From assembly GCA_964352535.1 (NCBI GenBank), contig CAYGSW010000002.1, positions 1 to 56,696 of the forward strand: 56,696 nt of DNA, in the 5' to 3' direction. Both the position numbers and the translations under genes were made by a program. Of this stretch, positions 28,700 through 40,042 are shown one piece after another (positions within the stretch are counted from its first letter, which is position 1; every line of letters starts with the position of its first letter). Source of the DNA: an uncultured Granulosicoccaceae bacterium (GTDB taxonomy: Bacteria > Pseudomonadota > Gammaproteobacteria > Granulosicoccales > Granulosicoccaceae). A model generated the notes under the pieces. The model did no database searches and was not told the origin of the DNA. It saw only the letters and a program-made list of their open reading frames with translations.

Positions 28700-30976
28700 T
28701 TGTCTGGTGGCGATAGATCACCGGGCAACGCTGGAAACCCGCTTGCCGTGTCAGTAGCGAACACGGCGGTAAAAAACGCTCCTGCATCAACTTCTGCTGA
28801 TGTAGACAATAGTCGTGCTTCCAGAGAATCCGGATTATCGAATATGCCTGTCGAATTGCAGGCCTATTCGGCGTTACAGGAAAAACTCAGTTCGCGCTTC
28901 AATAGCGAGCAGCTTGCTGACGTTTCGAGAGCATTTGTGCTCGCGCGTGACGCTCACAGCGAACAGCGTCGCAGTTCCGGCGAACCCTACATCACACACC
29001 CCGTAGCCGTTGCCGGCATCGTGTTCGACATGGGGCTTGATCATCTAAGCGTCATGGCGGCACTGATGCACGACGTGCTCGAGGATACACCAGTCAGTCG
29101 CGACGATCTGGTAGCGGAGTTTGGTGAGGAAGTCACCCACATTGTGGATGGGGTCAGCAAGCTTAATCACCTGAAGTTTCGTTCCAAGGCCGAGGCGCAG
29201 GCGCAAAGCTTCATGAAAATGTTGCTGGCTATGGTCAGCGATCTGCGAGTCATCATGATCAAACTGGGTGATCGACTGCACAATATGCGCACGATCGGCT
29301 CGCTGCGACCGGACAAGCGGCGTCGCATCGGCAAAGAGACACTCGAAGTCTATGCCCCGATTGCCTCGCGTCTGGGTATGTACACCGTCAAGAACGAGCT
29401 TGAGGATCTTGGATTTACCGCCTGCTATCCCATGCGCAGCAGAATCCTGGAAGCAACTGTTGAGCAACTGACGCATCGTGATCAGATACTGGAGCGTGTC
29501 ATCGCCAGGCTGGAAGCCAGCCTGAGCGAGAAAGGCGTAGACGCCGTTGTCTCAGGGCGTGAAAAACACCTGTACAGTCTCTACAAGAAAATGTTGAAGA
29601 AGCAGGTCAGTTTCGAACGTGTCTTCGACATGCTGGCTTTGCGCATCATCGTCGAGGACGTGGATGAATGCTACAAGGTGCTGGGGATTGTGCATCATCT
29701 CTACCCGCCCATCTTTTCGCGCTTCAAAGACTTTATCGCTGTGCCCAAGCAAAATGGCTATCAGTCATTACATACAGTACTTAATCATGGTGCTGAAAAC
29801 ACGCCGGTGGAGGTACAGATCCGAACGCGTGCAATGCACACCACGGCTGAATCGGGCATCGCCGCTCATTGGGCCTATAAAAACGATCCCACTATGGGTT
29901 CGCCGATTTCAGCGCCCGGCTGGCTGGCATCGCTGGCAGATCTTCAACAAAGCGCGACCGATTCCATCGAAGTTGTCGAAAGCATCAAGCTCGATCTGTT
30001 TCCCGGAGAAATCTATGTGTTTTCACCCAAGGGCCTGATCATCCAGTTACCAAGAAATGCAACGCCTGTGGACTTTGCCTACGCGGTCCATTCGGAGGTA
30101 GGCGACAAATGTGTATCGGCTCTGGTCAACAAGCGTATGGTTTCGCTCAGCACGCCCTTGCAGAATGGCGAAACTGTGGAAATCATCACCGGTGCCAATA
30201 TAGCCATTAGTCCGATGTGGTTGAACTCGGTGGTCACGGCCAAGGCACGCACGGCCATTCGGCATTATCTGCGTGCGTTGGATGAAAGTGAGGCGATTCA
30301 GTTTGGTGAGCGATTGTTACGACGGGCACTGGCGCGGCACGACACATCACTGGAAAAGTTATCAACAAAAACAGTAAAGGCCTTGTTGGCCGAGCGTCGG
30401 CTGGTCGACACGAAGGCCCTGTTCGCTGACATCGGGCTTGGCAATCATTTGCCTAGTCAGATTGCACAACGGCTCATTGACATCGAGCATGGCGTTACCA
30501 ACAGTGACGGTGGCGAACCACCAGTAAAAGATGTTGCTCCGGTGATGATCGATTCGGCCAGTAGCCCGACGTTGTACATGGCCCAATGCTGTCGGCCTAT
30601 TCCCGGCGACAACGTACAAGGGTTTTTCACGCCGGGCAAGGGCGTGGCTGTTCATCGGTCGGGATGTCGCAATGTGAGACGGTTTCGTCGTCGTCCCAAA
30701 GAGTGGGTGGCGGTGGACTGGGCAACCGATATCAAGGGCCAGTTTGATGTCGTGGTGGTCTGCCATCTTATCCATCAGCCGGGTGCGTTGGCACGCGTCA
30801 CCAATACGATGTCGCTGATGAACGTCAATATCGAGCATATGGACTTCAAAAACCGCGACGAGGACGATATCACCATACGCTTTGTGCTGGCGGTTGAAAG
30901 CCGTTTGCAGCTGGCGCGTATCGTCAGGCGTTTGCGTAATCTGACGGTGGTTCGCAGCGTCAAACGTGAGACTTGA
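28700..30976 (+). CDS. spoT: Bifunctional (p)ppGpp synthetase/hydrolase
   Basis: SGEPYITHP, intact HD motif (HDVLED), RFKD synthetase motif, TGS TPVDFAY, C-terminal ACT. Start is TTG 28700 or ATG 28844. Confidence 0.95.
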   Translation: MSGGDRSPGNAGNPLAVSVANTAVKNAPASTSADVDNSRASRESGLSNMPVELQAYSALQEKLSSRFNSEQLADVSRAFVLARDAHSEQRRSSGEPYITHPVAVAGIVFDMGLDHLSVMAALMHDVLEDTPVSRDDLVAEFGEEVTHIVDGVSKLNHLKFRSKAEAQAQSFMKMLLAMVSDLRVIMIKLGDRLHNMRTIGSLRPDKRRRIGKETLEVYAPIASRLGMYTVKNELEDLGFTACYPMRSRILEATVEQLTHRDQILERVIARLEASLSEKGVDAVVSGREKHLYSLYKKMLKKQVSFERVFDMLALRIIVEDVDECYKVLGIVHHLYPPIFSRFKDFIAVPKQNGYQSLHTVLNHGAENTPVEVQIRTRAMHTTAESGIAAHWAYKNDPTMGSPISAPGWLASLADLQQSATDSIEVVESIKLDLFPGEIYVFSPKGLIIQLPRNATPVDFAYAVHSEVGDKCVSALVNKRMVSLSTPLQNGETVEIITGANIAISPMWLNSVVTAKARTAIRHYLRALDESEAIQFGERLLRRALARHDTSLEKLSTKTVKALLAERRLVDTKALFADIGLGNHLPSQIAQRLIDIEHGVTNSDGGEPPVKDVAPVMIDSASSPTLYMAQCCRPIPGDNVQGFFTPGKGVAVHRSGCRNVRRFRRRPKEWVAVDWATDIKGQFDVVVVCHLIHQPGALARVTNTMSLMNVNIEHMDFKNRDEDDITIRFVLAVESRLQLARIVRRLRNLTVVRSVKRET

Positions 30977-31146
30977 TGGTGCACTAGCCTCCTAGCAAAT
31001 GTGACCTCGGCAAATCTATCACCATCCCGCGTAGCACATCATCAAGTCGACTCAAAGGTGGTTGATGAGTGCGTTGGACGTTGCCGACATGTGTTGGGTT
31101 TATACTCGTCCCACGTTTCTTCCACAGACTGTTACAAGAGCATCCC

Positions 31147-31530
31147 ATGCCTCGCCAAACATTTCATACAGACGACGCCCCCGCTGCAATCGGGGCCTAT
31201 TCACAGGCAGTACGTGCTGGGAACACGGTGTACCTGTCCGGTGCAATACCGCTAATACCTGAATCCATGGAGCTGGTGAGTAGCGATGTGCGTGCTCAGA
31301 TTGTGCAGGTATTTGACAATCTGGATGCTGTTTGCAAGGCAGCCGGTGGCTCGTTTGATCAAATCGTGAAGCTGACGGTATTTCTGACTGATCTGGGTGA
31401 CTTTCCATTGGTCAATGAGGTTATGGAAGAGCGTTTCTCCAAGCCGTATCCAGCCCGAGCTGCGATAGGTGTCGCCTCCTTGCCCCGTAATGTTGCGGTT
31501 GAAGTTGAAGGGGTCATGTACCTCGGCTAG
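31147..31530 (+). CDS. RidA/YjgF family reactive-intermediate deaminase
   Basis: [34 protein letters not shown] at 31147. Confidence 0.93.
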   Translation: MPRQTFHTDDAPAAIGAYSQAVRAGNTVYLSGAIPLIPESMELVSSDVRAQIVQVFDNLDAVCKAAGGSFDQIVKLTVFLTDLGDFPLVNEVMEERFSKPYPARAAIGVASLPRNVAVEVEGVMYLG

Positions 31531-31571
31531 GAGCTTATTCGGCTTTTGGCATTTATCTGAAGGCGATCTCA

Positions 31572-33662
31572 GTGCACACTTCTCTGGACAGTCTTGGTGT
31601 CGAGACGTTGAAGGGCGTGGGTGCGGCCATGGCGGCAAAGCTTGGCACCATCGGGCTTCATACGCTTCAGGATGTGCTTTTTCATCTGCCGTTTCGCTAT
31701 CAAGATCGCACACGGCTGAGTGTCATTGGTTCTCTGCGGCCTGCAACCGAGGCACTCGTGTGTGGTGAAGTTCTGCTGGCAGAAGTTGTGGTGCGTCAGC
31801 GGCGTTCGTTGCTGGTGCGGATCAATGATGGAACAGGCTCCATCATGTTGCGGTTTTTCCATTTCTCGCAGAGTCAGGTTACACAATTTGCCAGAGGCAA
31901 GCGCGTGCAATGTTTCGGCGAGGTACGTCGCGGTGCTGCGATGCTGGAAATGGTGCATCCTGAGTACCGGGTGCTAGCGAGTGATACTTCCAGTGAAGTG
32001 GCCTTGAGCAAGACCCTTACGCCGTTTTACCACACCACAGAAGGCGTGCAACAGGCGACATTCAGAAAGCTCACCGATCAGGCGCTTGCGCTGCTTGATC
32101 AACATGCACTGATTGATCACCTCAGTGCACTGACTGCTCAGGGTATGCAGCTACCCGATCTTGTCAGTGCACTGCACAGTGTGCATCGTCCCTCACCCGA
32201 TGAGGATGTCCAGGCCCTGCTGGATGGATTGCACCCGGCACATCGACGCCTGGCACTTGAAGAGCTGGTGGCGCATAGATTGGGTCTTCGCTTACTCAGG
32301 GTGCAGGCACAGAGTTATCAGGCACCACTGATCCGGCCTGAGGGGAAGCTGATGAGTCAGCTTGGTGCTTCATTGAATTTCAGGCTTACCGGGGCCCAGG
32401 AGCGGGTTCTCAAGGATGTCATCGATGACATGGCTACTCCAGAGCCTATGCTCAGACTGGTACAGGGCGATGTCGGATCCGGCAAAACCATTGTGGCAGC
32501 GCTTGCTGCTGCGCAAGCGGTCGAGAGCGGCTATCAGGTGGCCATGATGGCACCGACTGAGATTCTAGCTGAGCAACACATGCTGAATTTTGCTCAATGG
32601 TTCGAATCGTTGGGTATCGGTGTCGCGTGGTTGACTGGCAGGCTGCGAGCTGCCGCCAGACGCGCCAGCATCGAGGCTATAGCGATGGGGCAGCATCAGG
32701 TCGTTGTAGGTACGCACGCGCTATTTCAGAAAGACGTGGAGTTTGCCAATCTTGGACTGGCGATTATTGACGAACAGCATCGATTTGGCGTCCACCAGCG
32801 CATGGCGTTACGCAATAAGGGAGCCACCAGTCACACCATGCCGCATCAGTTGATCATGACGGCTACACCAATTCCCAGAACCCTCGCCATGACGGCCTAT
32901 GCTGATCTGGACATATCGGTTATTGATGAACTACCACCCGGGCGCAAACCGGTGACGACAGTGGCACTCGAAAACACACGCAGACCTGAAGTGATAGAAC
33001 GCGTGGGTGCTGCCATTGCACAAGGGCATCAGGTTTACTGGGTTTGCACCTTGATCGAGGAGTCGGAGTCGTTGCAGGCAGAGGCTGCCGAGGACACCCT
33101 GCACACCTTGCAATCCTCCCTACCGCAGTACCGCATAGCGTTGGTGCACGGTAGGCTCAAGGCACAAGAGAAAGAGGCGATCATGCAATTGTTCAAGCAG
33201 CAGGACGTGGATCTGCTGGTAGCAACTACCGTAATCGAGGTAGGTGTGGATGTGCCGAATGCGTCATTGATGATCATTGAAAACGCAGAACGACTGGGTT
33301 TGTCGCAGTTACATCAGTTGCGCGGCAGGGTGGGGCGCGGTAGCGCGCAGAGCAGCTGTATCCTGATGTATCAGGCGCCACTGTCGCACAGTGCGCGTGA
33401 ACGACTGGGCATCATGCGCCAGACCAATGATGGTTTTCTTATCGCGCAAAAAGATCTGGAGCTGCGTGGTGCAGGCGAGGTGCTCGGCACACGACAGACT
33501 GGTCTGGCCGAATTCAGAATTGCCAGACTCGGTCGCGATGATGATCTGCTGGATGCAGTGACGCAATTTGCCGACCAGCTTCTGGGCGGTGATCAAAGAG
33601 CAGTTCATGCGCTTGTGCGGCGGTGGATTGGCGATAGTCGCCAGGATTACGGGGGTGTTTGA
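31572..33662 (+). CDS. recG: ATP-dependent DNA helicase RecG
   Basis: HLPFRYQDRT, QGDVGSGKT, DEQHRFGV, MTATPIPRTL, QLRGRVGRG. Confidence 0.97.
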   Translation: MHTSLDSLGVETLKGVGAAMAAKLGTIGLHTLQDVLFHLPFRYQDRTRLSVIGSLRPATEALVCGEVLLAEVVVRQRRSLLVRINDGTGSIMLRFFHFSQSQVTQFARGKRVQCFGEVRRGAAMLEMVHPEYRVLASDTSSEVALSKTLTPFYHTTEGVQQATFRKLTDQALALLDQHALIDHLSALTAQGMQLPDLVSALHSVHRPSPDEDVQALLDGLHPAHRRLALEELVAHRLGLRLLRVQAQSYQAPLIRPEGKLMSQLGASLNFRLTGAQERVLKDVIDDMATPEPMLRLVQGDVGSGKTIVAALAAAQAVESGYQVAMMAPTEILAEQHMLNFAQWFESLGIGVAWLTGRLRAAARRASIEAIAMGQHQVVVGTHALFQKDVEFANLGLAIIDEQHRFGVHQRMALRNKGATSHTMPHQLIMTATPIPRTLAMTAYADLDISVIDELPPGRKPVTTVALENTRRPEVIERVGAAIAQGHQVYWVCTLIEESESLQAEAAEDTLHTLQSSLPQYRIALVHGRLKAQEKEAIMQLFKQQDVDLLVATTVIEVGVDVPNASLMIIENAERLGLSQLHQLRGRVGRGSAQSSCILMYQAPLSHSARERLGIMRQTNDGFLIAQKDLELRGAGEVLGTRQTGLAEFRIARLGRDDDLLDAVTQFADQLLGGDQRAVHALVRRWIGDSRQDYGGV

Positions 33663-33811
33663 GTATCGGGCATGCGCAAGCGTCACTAAGTTGTCAGTAT
33701 GTAACGCCAAGTAGCTGAAATGACATGATTTGTTACACCAAACCAACGACGTTACATAGCTTTTATGGGCTACTATCCGAAAGCTCCGGAAAATAACGAT
33801 GCCCCGTTTGC

Positions 33812-36505
33812 GTGCCTATGCCCTCTACTCATACTGATGTGCCATTAGCAAAGCCCAGTCTGGCTGATGATCTAGACGCTCTGGCTAAGCGTCGTGTTCA
33901 AAACGATGCGGCAAATGATGAGAGTCCGGAACGACGACAATTGGAGATTCTGCTTTCGCACGCTTTGAAAGAGACCGATGCAGACTACGCATTTGTATTG
34001 AGTCCAGCGGGTCAGGGTGCTTACGCGGAGCAGTTTGCCAGGCTGGCAGCCGTTGTACAGCGAGCCAACGATGGCCAGATTCATGTTTGTCACGATTACC
34101 TGGCGAGCCGCCGTCCGGATCCCATGATCCTCTCGGTCATGCGTCTGCGTCGGCCAGTATCCGGGCAGCCCTCGGATATCGGTTTACCGACCTGCTTGCC
34201 GGGTTCGCACCCTCCCATCAACTATTTCATAATGCTGCCTATTGCCGATGGTGTTTCGCGCACATCGATCCTGTTTGTGGCCAATCCATCCAGCACGCGA
34301 CTCATGCAAGGCTCGGCAGGAATGATAGACACACTGGAGCGTTTGATAAAGATACTCAGGCATCAGCAGCAAAGCCAGGAAAATCAACCAGCAATCGCCA
34401 CGATTCACGGTGACGATCTTGGAGCACGGCACTATGTGCAACTGATGAGTGCTGCTATCAATGCCGTGGTTATTACAGATGCCCGTGGCGTCATAACAGC
34501 GTTCAATCCGGCTGCTGAAACCCTGTTTGGACGTGATAGCGCACGCGCACTTGGGACTTCTCTGGACACTTATCTGCCTCAGGAATTCTTGATGCCCATT
34601 CTGAAGCGCTCGCAGAGCTTTAATGCACCTTCGGAAGCGTACGATATTCTACCTGTTAACAGACGTTCCGTAACTGCCATGGTGGACAGCGGACATTACG
34701 TGCATCTGGTGTGTTCGTCGTACTTTACACGGGTAGCCGACAAAGTTTACACAACCTTTGTTTTCGATCATGAGAGTGAGTCAGCGTTGTTGCACGACAC
34801 CAGCACCACTCATCAACAGTTCAAGGCCCTGACCAATGTCGCCCCTGTTGGTATTGTGCAATTAGGCGAAGACTGGACGTGCGAGTACGCCAATGACATG
34901 TGGTGTCAGCTGAGCGGCCTGTCGATGGATGAAACACTGGGTTCTGGCTGGATTGATGCGATTCATGCCGAGGATGTGGTCAATGCCCTGGTACAGCTTC
35001 GTGAAACCTTGAGTGAGAATCAGATCTTCTCGCACAATCTGCGTTTGCAAAGGCCTACGGGAAGAGTGTCCTGGGTCACTCTGTCGGCAACGGTAACCGT
35101 CAGCGAAAGCGGTCACTTCAATGGTTGCCTGCTGGTGCTTCTGGATGTTACCGAAGCACACCTTGCCAGTGAAAAACTACGCTTTGCAGCATCCCATGAT
35201 GTGCTTACTGGATTGGCAAATCGCTCAGCGTTTCTTGATCGCTTGCAAGAGCGTTTGAACAGTCCTCAAAAGCGAGTTGATACTGCCCTGATGTACCTGG
35301 ATCTGGATGGTTTCAAATCGATTAACGATACGCTGGGGCATGATTGCGGCGATGAGCTGCTGCGCGAGGTTGCTAACCGTATCAGGGCAACCGTGGGTGC
35401 TCGTGATCTGTGCGCAAGGCTGGGAGGTGATGAATTTACTATCATCGTAACCAGTTGGAATACAAGCGAAGAGGTGTGTAATCTGGCTGAACGTATCGTC
35501 AGAGGTTTCAGCGAAACATTCCATGTTTTCGATAACGAGTTGTATCTGTCAACGAGTATCGGTATCGCTTTTCCGGACGCGCAAACAATTAGCAGTGATG
35601 CGTTCATCAAGCAAGCTGATACCGCTTTGTACAAGGCAAAATCATCAGGGCGTTCACGATGGGTGGTATACACTGAACAGTTCCAGCAGGAAGATGTTGA
35701 ACGCTCCGTTCTGCAGGCAGGCGTGCGAAGAGCAATCGAACATAATGAGTTCATATTGGCGTATCAGCCTCAGTTTTGTGTGAGCGACAAATCGATTGTG
35801 GGCTTCGAAGCCCTGTTGCGCTGGTACCCGTCTGATATCCCTGTACCTGATACCCAGCTTGTCGTTGAATGTCTCGAAGACAATGGCCTGATCAATGAAG
35901 TCGGTCAATGGGTTATTGAAGCGGCCTGCCAGCAATACAGAGACTGGGAGCTTGCAGGTTTGCTGCCTGAGGGGTGTTCCATGTCAGTCAATGTGTCACC
36001 GGTACAACTGAGCCTGGCCAATTTTGCTCCTCGCCTGCGGGCAATATTGAATCGTTGCCAAATGCCTGCAGACAAGCTGAATCTCGAGTTAACTGAATCG
36101 GCTGTCATTGAAAAAAACAGTGCCAGCATGCGGGTCATTGAGCAGATAAAAGCGATGGGTGTCGGGCTGACGCTGGATGATTTTGGCACCGGCTACGCAT
36201 CGCTGAGCTATTTGACGCAATTACCGATTGATACATTGAAAATAGACAGATCGTTCATCCTGGACATGGAGCACAATGAGCCAAGCCGTGCGATAGTCAT
36301 GTCCGTGCTGGCGATGGCAAACACGCTCGACATTGATGTGGTGGCGGAAGGAATAGAAAACCGTGGGACACTGGAGAGACTTCGAACGACGAACTGCAAG
36401 TACGCGCAAGGTTACTTCCTGTGCAAGCCTGAAGAGGCTGGCGCACTGGAGGATTTGCTGAGAAGCCAGAGCACTCGGCATCGAGAGGTATCTGAGCTCC
36501 ATTGA
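33812..36505 (+). CDS. GAF-PAS-PAS-GGDEF-EAL diguanylate cyclase/phosphodiesterase
   Basis: GAF-like LPGSHPP..F..LP, PAS FNPAAETLFG and W.DAIHAED, intact GGDEF, EALLRW and DDFGTGY. Confidence 0.92.
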   Translation: MPMPSTHTDVPLAKPSLADDLDALAKRRVQNDAANDESPERRQLEILLSHALKETDADYAFVLSPAGQGAYAEQFARLAAVVQRANDGQIHVCHDYLASRRPDPMILSVMRLRRPVSGQPSDIGLPTCLPGSHPPINYFIMLPIADGVSRTSILFVANPSSTRLMQGSAGMIDTLERLIKILRHQQQSQENQPAIATIHGDDLGARHYVQLMSAAINAVVITDARGVITAFNPAAETLFGRDSARALGTSLDTYLPQEFLMPILKRSQSFNAPSEAYDILPVNRRSVTAMVDSGHYVHLVCSSYFTRVADKVYTTFVFDHESESALLHDTSTTHQQFKALTNVAPVGIVQLGEDWTCEYANDMWCQLSGLSMDETLGSGWIDAIHAEDVVNALVQLRETLSENQIFSHNLRLQRPTGRVSWVTLSATVTVSESGHFNGCLLVLLDVTEAHLASEKLRFAASHDVLTGLANRSAFLDRLQERLNSPQKRVDTALMYLDLDGFKSINDTLGHDCGDELLREVANRIRATVGARDLCARLGGDEFTIIVTSWNTSEEVCNLAERIVRGFSETFHVFDNELYLSTSIGIAFPDAQTISSDAFIKQADTALYKAKSSGRSRWVVYTEQFQQEDVERSVLQAGVRRAIEHNEFILAYQPQFCVSDKSIVGFEALLRWYPSDIPVPDTQLVVECLEDNGLINEVGQWVIEAACQQYRDWELAGLLPEGCSMSVNVSPVQLSLANFAPRLRAILNRCQMPADKLNLELTESAVIEKNSASMRVIEQIKAMGVGLTLDDFGTGYASLSYLTQLPIDTLKIDRSFILDMEHNEPSRAIVMSVLAMANTLDIDVVAEGIENRGTLERLRTTNCKYAQGYFLCKPEEAGALEDLLRSQSTRHREVSELH

Positions 36506-36649
36506 AGCCTGACCGTTCAGCGAGTTCTATCATGATCAAATCTTTCAGAGTCTGGTTAAACAATTTATTGACGCGTCGGCTGAAGCGCACCGGCATGTCT
36601 TGAACTGATGGGTACATCAGCCATCAAGAGCAATCGCGAGAATACGTGA

Positions 36650-39600
36650 ATGAATGAAGAACACGAAACAGGTAGTGCAACGTCGCATGCCCCTGTCAGT
36701 CCAGAGCAGACTGACACGGAGCAGGCTGGTGTTCTGGAAGACAGCAACACGCGCCAACTCGCTGAGAATAGATCGGACGCTGACTCTGAAGGTGTCACGC
36801 ACGATCTCGCTTTGGTCGAAACCAACGTTGACGCCACCAAAGCCACATCGCCCATCTTGTATGTCGGAATAGGTGCGTCAGCCGGTGGGCTGGAGGCACT
36901 ACGAGAATTTTTCGATCATATGAGCGCGGACAGTGATGCCGCGTTTATTGTCGTGCAACACTTGTCGCCGGATTTTGAAAGTCTGATGAATGAGCTTCTG
37001 GCGCGCAATACCAGTATGTCGGTCGAAAACGTCGTGCATGGGGTTGAAGTACTGGCCAACGCGATCTACCTCATACCGCCCAAAAAAAATATCACGCTGG
37101 TTGACGGCAGTCTTTACCTGAGCGAGCAGGTACGTTCAGGCGGTGTTAACCTGCCAATCGACCACTTTTTCAGGTCTCTGGCTTCAGATGCAAAACACCG
37201 TGCCGTAGGCATTATCCTCTCGGGCACCGGCAGTGACGGGAGCCGAGGGATCAAGGCGATAAAAGAGGCGGGTGGTTTGATACTGGTTCAGGATCGTGAG
37301 TCGTCCAAGTTTGACGGGATGCCCTACAACGCGGCCCAGACAGGTACGGCAGATTTTATCCTACCGCCTCAGGAGCTGGCGGTTTATCTGTCAACATTCC
37401 TGAAGAACTCCATGGTTCGTGGAGCGAGGTCGGTGTTACGCACAACCAATAACTCCGAAGAGAGCGTGTTGTCTTTGATATTCAGCTTGCTCAAGGCCAG
37501 CAATGGCATAGACTTCAGCCAGTATAAGGCCACGACAGTGGCGCGACGAATCGAACGTCGTATGGGTATCAATCACGTGCACAGCCAGTTCGAATACCTC
37601 AATTTACTGCAATCTTCCAAAACCGAACTCGAAACGCTCGGGCGCGAGCTGTTGATAAATGTCACCAGTTTTTTCCGTGATGATCACGCCTGGGAGTTTC
37701 TTTCGCGACAGGTTATCGAGCCACTGGTGGGAGCCAATGAAGGAGATCGTGAGCTACGTTTCTGGGTGGCTGGGTGTTCAACTGGGGAAGAGGCCTATTC
37801 GCTGGCTATCATTATTGACGAGGCGTATCGCAAGCACAACAAGGAAGTGCGGGTAAAGATCTTTGCAACTGATGCAGACACCGATGCCATAGCGGTAGCC
37901 TCCACTGCGCGATATCGCGAAGAGATCGTTCACGATGTTTCAAATGATAGGCTTGCGCGTTACTTTGTCAAAGTGGGTGCTGAATATGAGATAAGGCCTT
38001 CCATAAGAAAGATGGTTGTCTTTGCATCGCACAACATGATCAACGATCCACCGTTCTCGAACATTGATCTGATCACCTGTCGAAATGTGCTCATATACTT
38101 TCAGCATGCCGTACAGAAAGTGGTGATGTCATCCTTTCATTTTTCGCTGCGAGATCGTGCGAAAGTGTTTTTCGGATCGTCCGAATCGGTGGGCGAATTG
38201 AAGACACACTACAAAGTCATGCATGAGCGTTTCAGAATCTACGAGAAGATTACCAACACACGACTGCCGCTAGCCACTAACAGTAAAGGGTCTTCCAAGG
38301 CAACCTTGGGGATGAGACCGGTATCCAATCTGCTGAGAAGCTATCGGTCGCATGGTTCAACACCAAACCGGTTTGAGCATGTCAAGGATCACCTGATCAA
38401 CGACTTTGTCCCGGCGTGTCTTATCCTGAACTCTGAACATCAGGCCATGCATATTTACGGCGATGCCAATAAATACCTGGTGCGCTTTCCTGTAGGGCGT
38501 GTGTCCACAAACATTCACGAGATTATTGTCAGTGAATTGTCAGTGGCTCTGGACACGGCATTGTCGCGTTCCAAGACTGAGGCCAAGCCTGTACATTACT
38601 CCAATATCCAGACCACCGTTAATGACAAGCCTGCGCGTGTTGATATGCAGGTTGGGTATTTTCCTGAGAAAAACGGGGATGAGGCGTATTTTTCTGTCGT
38701 GCTGACTGATGTGGATGCTTTGCCAGCCACACGTATAGCTGAGGGAAAATACGACTACAACGAAGAGACGCAGCAGCGTATCCGTGACCTGGAAAACGAG
38801 TTGCTGCACAAGCAGGAGCATCTGCAGATTTCCAATGAGGAACTCGAAACCACCAACGAGGAACTTCAGGCCGCGAATGAAGAATTGATGTCTTCAAACG
38901 AGGAATTACAAAGCACGAACGAAGAGCTCCAGTCTGTCAATGAGGAGCTGTACACGGTCAACTGCGAACATCAGGAAAAGATTGAAGAACTGATGACCGT
39001 GAACGATGATATGGACAATATCCTTGTGGCAACATCGGTCGGTATCATTTTCCTTGATGAGAAAACCCTGATCCGCAAGTACACAGCCGTTGCGGCCAAG
39101 TACTTCAACCTGCTGTCCAGTGACCTGGGTCGTCCCTTACATCATATTTCCAACGAGCTGGAATACAATCATTTGTACGATGATATCGAAACCGTAAGGC
39201 GCACTCATCACAGCGTCTATCGGGAAGTGTTTACCGTCAGTGGCGCGCCGTTGCAAATCAAACTGCTACCGTACGCTTCATCGGTCATGGGCGGTGAGGT
39301 CAGCGCAGCCGTCACGATTACGATTACCGATCTGTCTCCACGGCTTGATGCCTACGAGGATCATCGTACAAGCAAGACGTTAGCCAGACATAAATTTTCT
39401 GGCAGCACCATTGCATCCCCGGCAAAACTCAGAGTCCTGATTGTTGATGACAGTGACAGTGATCGACGGGTTATCCGGCGTCATCTGAGTAAAATCAAAT
39501 CGTTGATAATCGAAACCTTTGATGCCTCTGCTGTGGATGATGCCATTGAGTCTCTGCGCAAAAACGATATCGATCTGTGTCTGGTCGACTATCGGCTGGG

Positions 39601-39850
39601 AGTAGAGACAGCTGACGATCTGGCCAAAAGAATACGCGAGTACAACGACAAACTGCCGTTGATACTCATGTCCGGTTACAGTCGCAGCGAGCTTGAAACA
39701 GAGGTGCCTGATGCCATGCTGATGTATTTTCTGAACAAGGCAGATCTATCGCCATTGTTGCTTGAGCTCAGTTTGCGTCATGCCATCAACTCAAGCAGCT
39801 CGATAGCGAATGTGATGAATGCCACAATGGATCGAGACGGCAGGCTCTGA
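36650..39850 (+). CDS. CheB-CheR fusion with heptad coiled coil, PAS domains and C-terminal receiver domain
   Basis: CheB triad GASAGG/VQHL/GTGSDG, Che[14 protein letters not shown] and CRNVLIYF, six NEELxxx heptads, REC LIVDD..CLVDY..MSG..NK. Confidence 0.92.
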   Translation: MNEEHETGSATSHAPVSPEQTDTEQAGVLEDSNTRQLAENRSDADSEGVTHDLALVETNVDATKATSPILYVGIGASAGGLEALREFFDHMSADSDAAFIVVQHLSPDFESLMNELLARNTSMSVENVVHGVEVLANAIYLIPPKKNITLVDGSLYLSEQVRSGGVNLPIDHFFRSLASDAKHRAVGIILSGTGSDGSRGIKAIKEAGGLILVQDRESSKFDGMPYNAAQTGTADFILPPQELAVYLSTFLKNSMVRGARSVLRTTNNSEESVLSLIFSLLKASNGIDFSQYKATTVARRIERRMGINHVHSQFEYLNLLQSSKTELETLGRELLINVTSFFRDDHAWEFLSRQVIEPLVGANEGDRELRFWVAGCSTGEEAYSLAIIIDEAYRKHNKEVRVKIFATDADTDAIAVASTARYREEIVHDVSNDRLARYFVKVGAEYEIRPSIRKMVVFASHNMINDPPFSNIDLITCRNVLIYFQHAVQKVVMSSFHFSLRDRAKVFFGSSESVGELKTHYKVMHERFRIYEKITNTRLPLATNSKGSSKATLGMRPVSNLLRSYRSHGSTPNRFEHVKDHLINDFVPACLILNSEHQAMHIYGDANKYLVRFPVGRVSTNIHEIIVSELSVALDTALSRSKTEAKPVHYSNIQTTVNDKPARVDMQVGYFPEKNGDEAYFSVVLTDVDALPATRIAEGKYDYNEETQQRIRDLENELLHKQEHLQISNEELETTNEELQAANEELMSSNEELQSTNEELQSVNEELYTVNCEHQEKIEELMTVNDDMDNILVATSVGIIFLDEKTLIRKYTAVAAKYFNLLSSDLGRPLHHISNELEYNHLYDDIETVRRTHHSVYREVFTVSGAPLQIKLLPYASSVMGGEVSAAVTITITDLSPRLDAYEDHRTSKTLARHKFSGSTIASPAKLRVLIVDDSDSDRRVIRRHLSKIKSLIIETFDASAVDDAIESLRKNDIDLCLVDYRLGVETADDLAKRIREYNDKLPLILMSGYSRSELETEVPDAMLMYFLNKADLSPLLLELSLRHAINSSSSIANVMNATMDRDGRL

Positions 39851-40042
39851 ATAAGTCCCGATCCTGCTCCCGTCGCGCAGGCTTATGAGGCCCTGCGCGG
39901 CAGAAAACAACCGGACCGAAAGCGGGTCCTCTGAGAGTAGCCCACTTTCGGCGGGGCTGCCTCCAGCCACTTTTTCCACTCATTTTCGGAGCGATGCCAG
40001 CTATATTTCTCAGATGCGCGGAAAAGCCGCCCCGCCAGATTC

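Noticed and set aside
28700-28843. N-terminal extension of SpoT as a novel domain
   Set aside because: Low-complexity sequence from a TTG start. ATG 28844 is equally plausible.
38834-38959. 21-bp periodic DNA repeat
   Set aside because: Explained by the protein-level NEELxxx heptads of the CheBR coiled coil, with synonymous divergence between units
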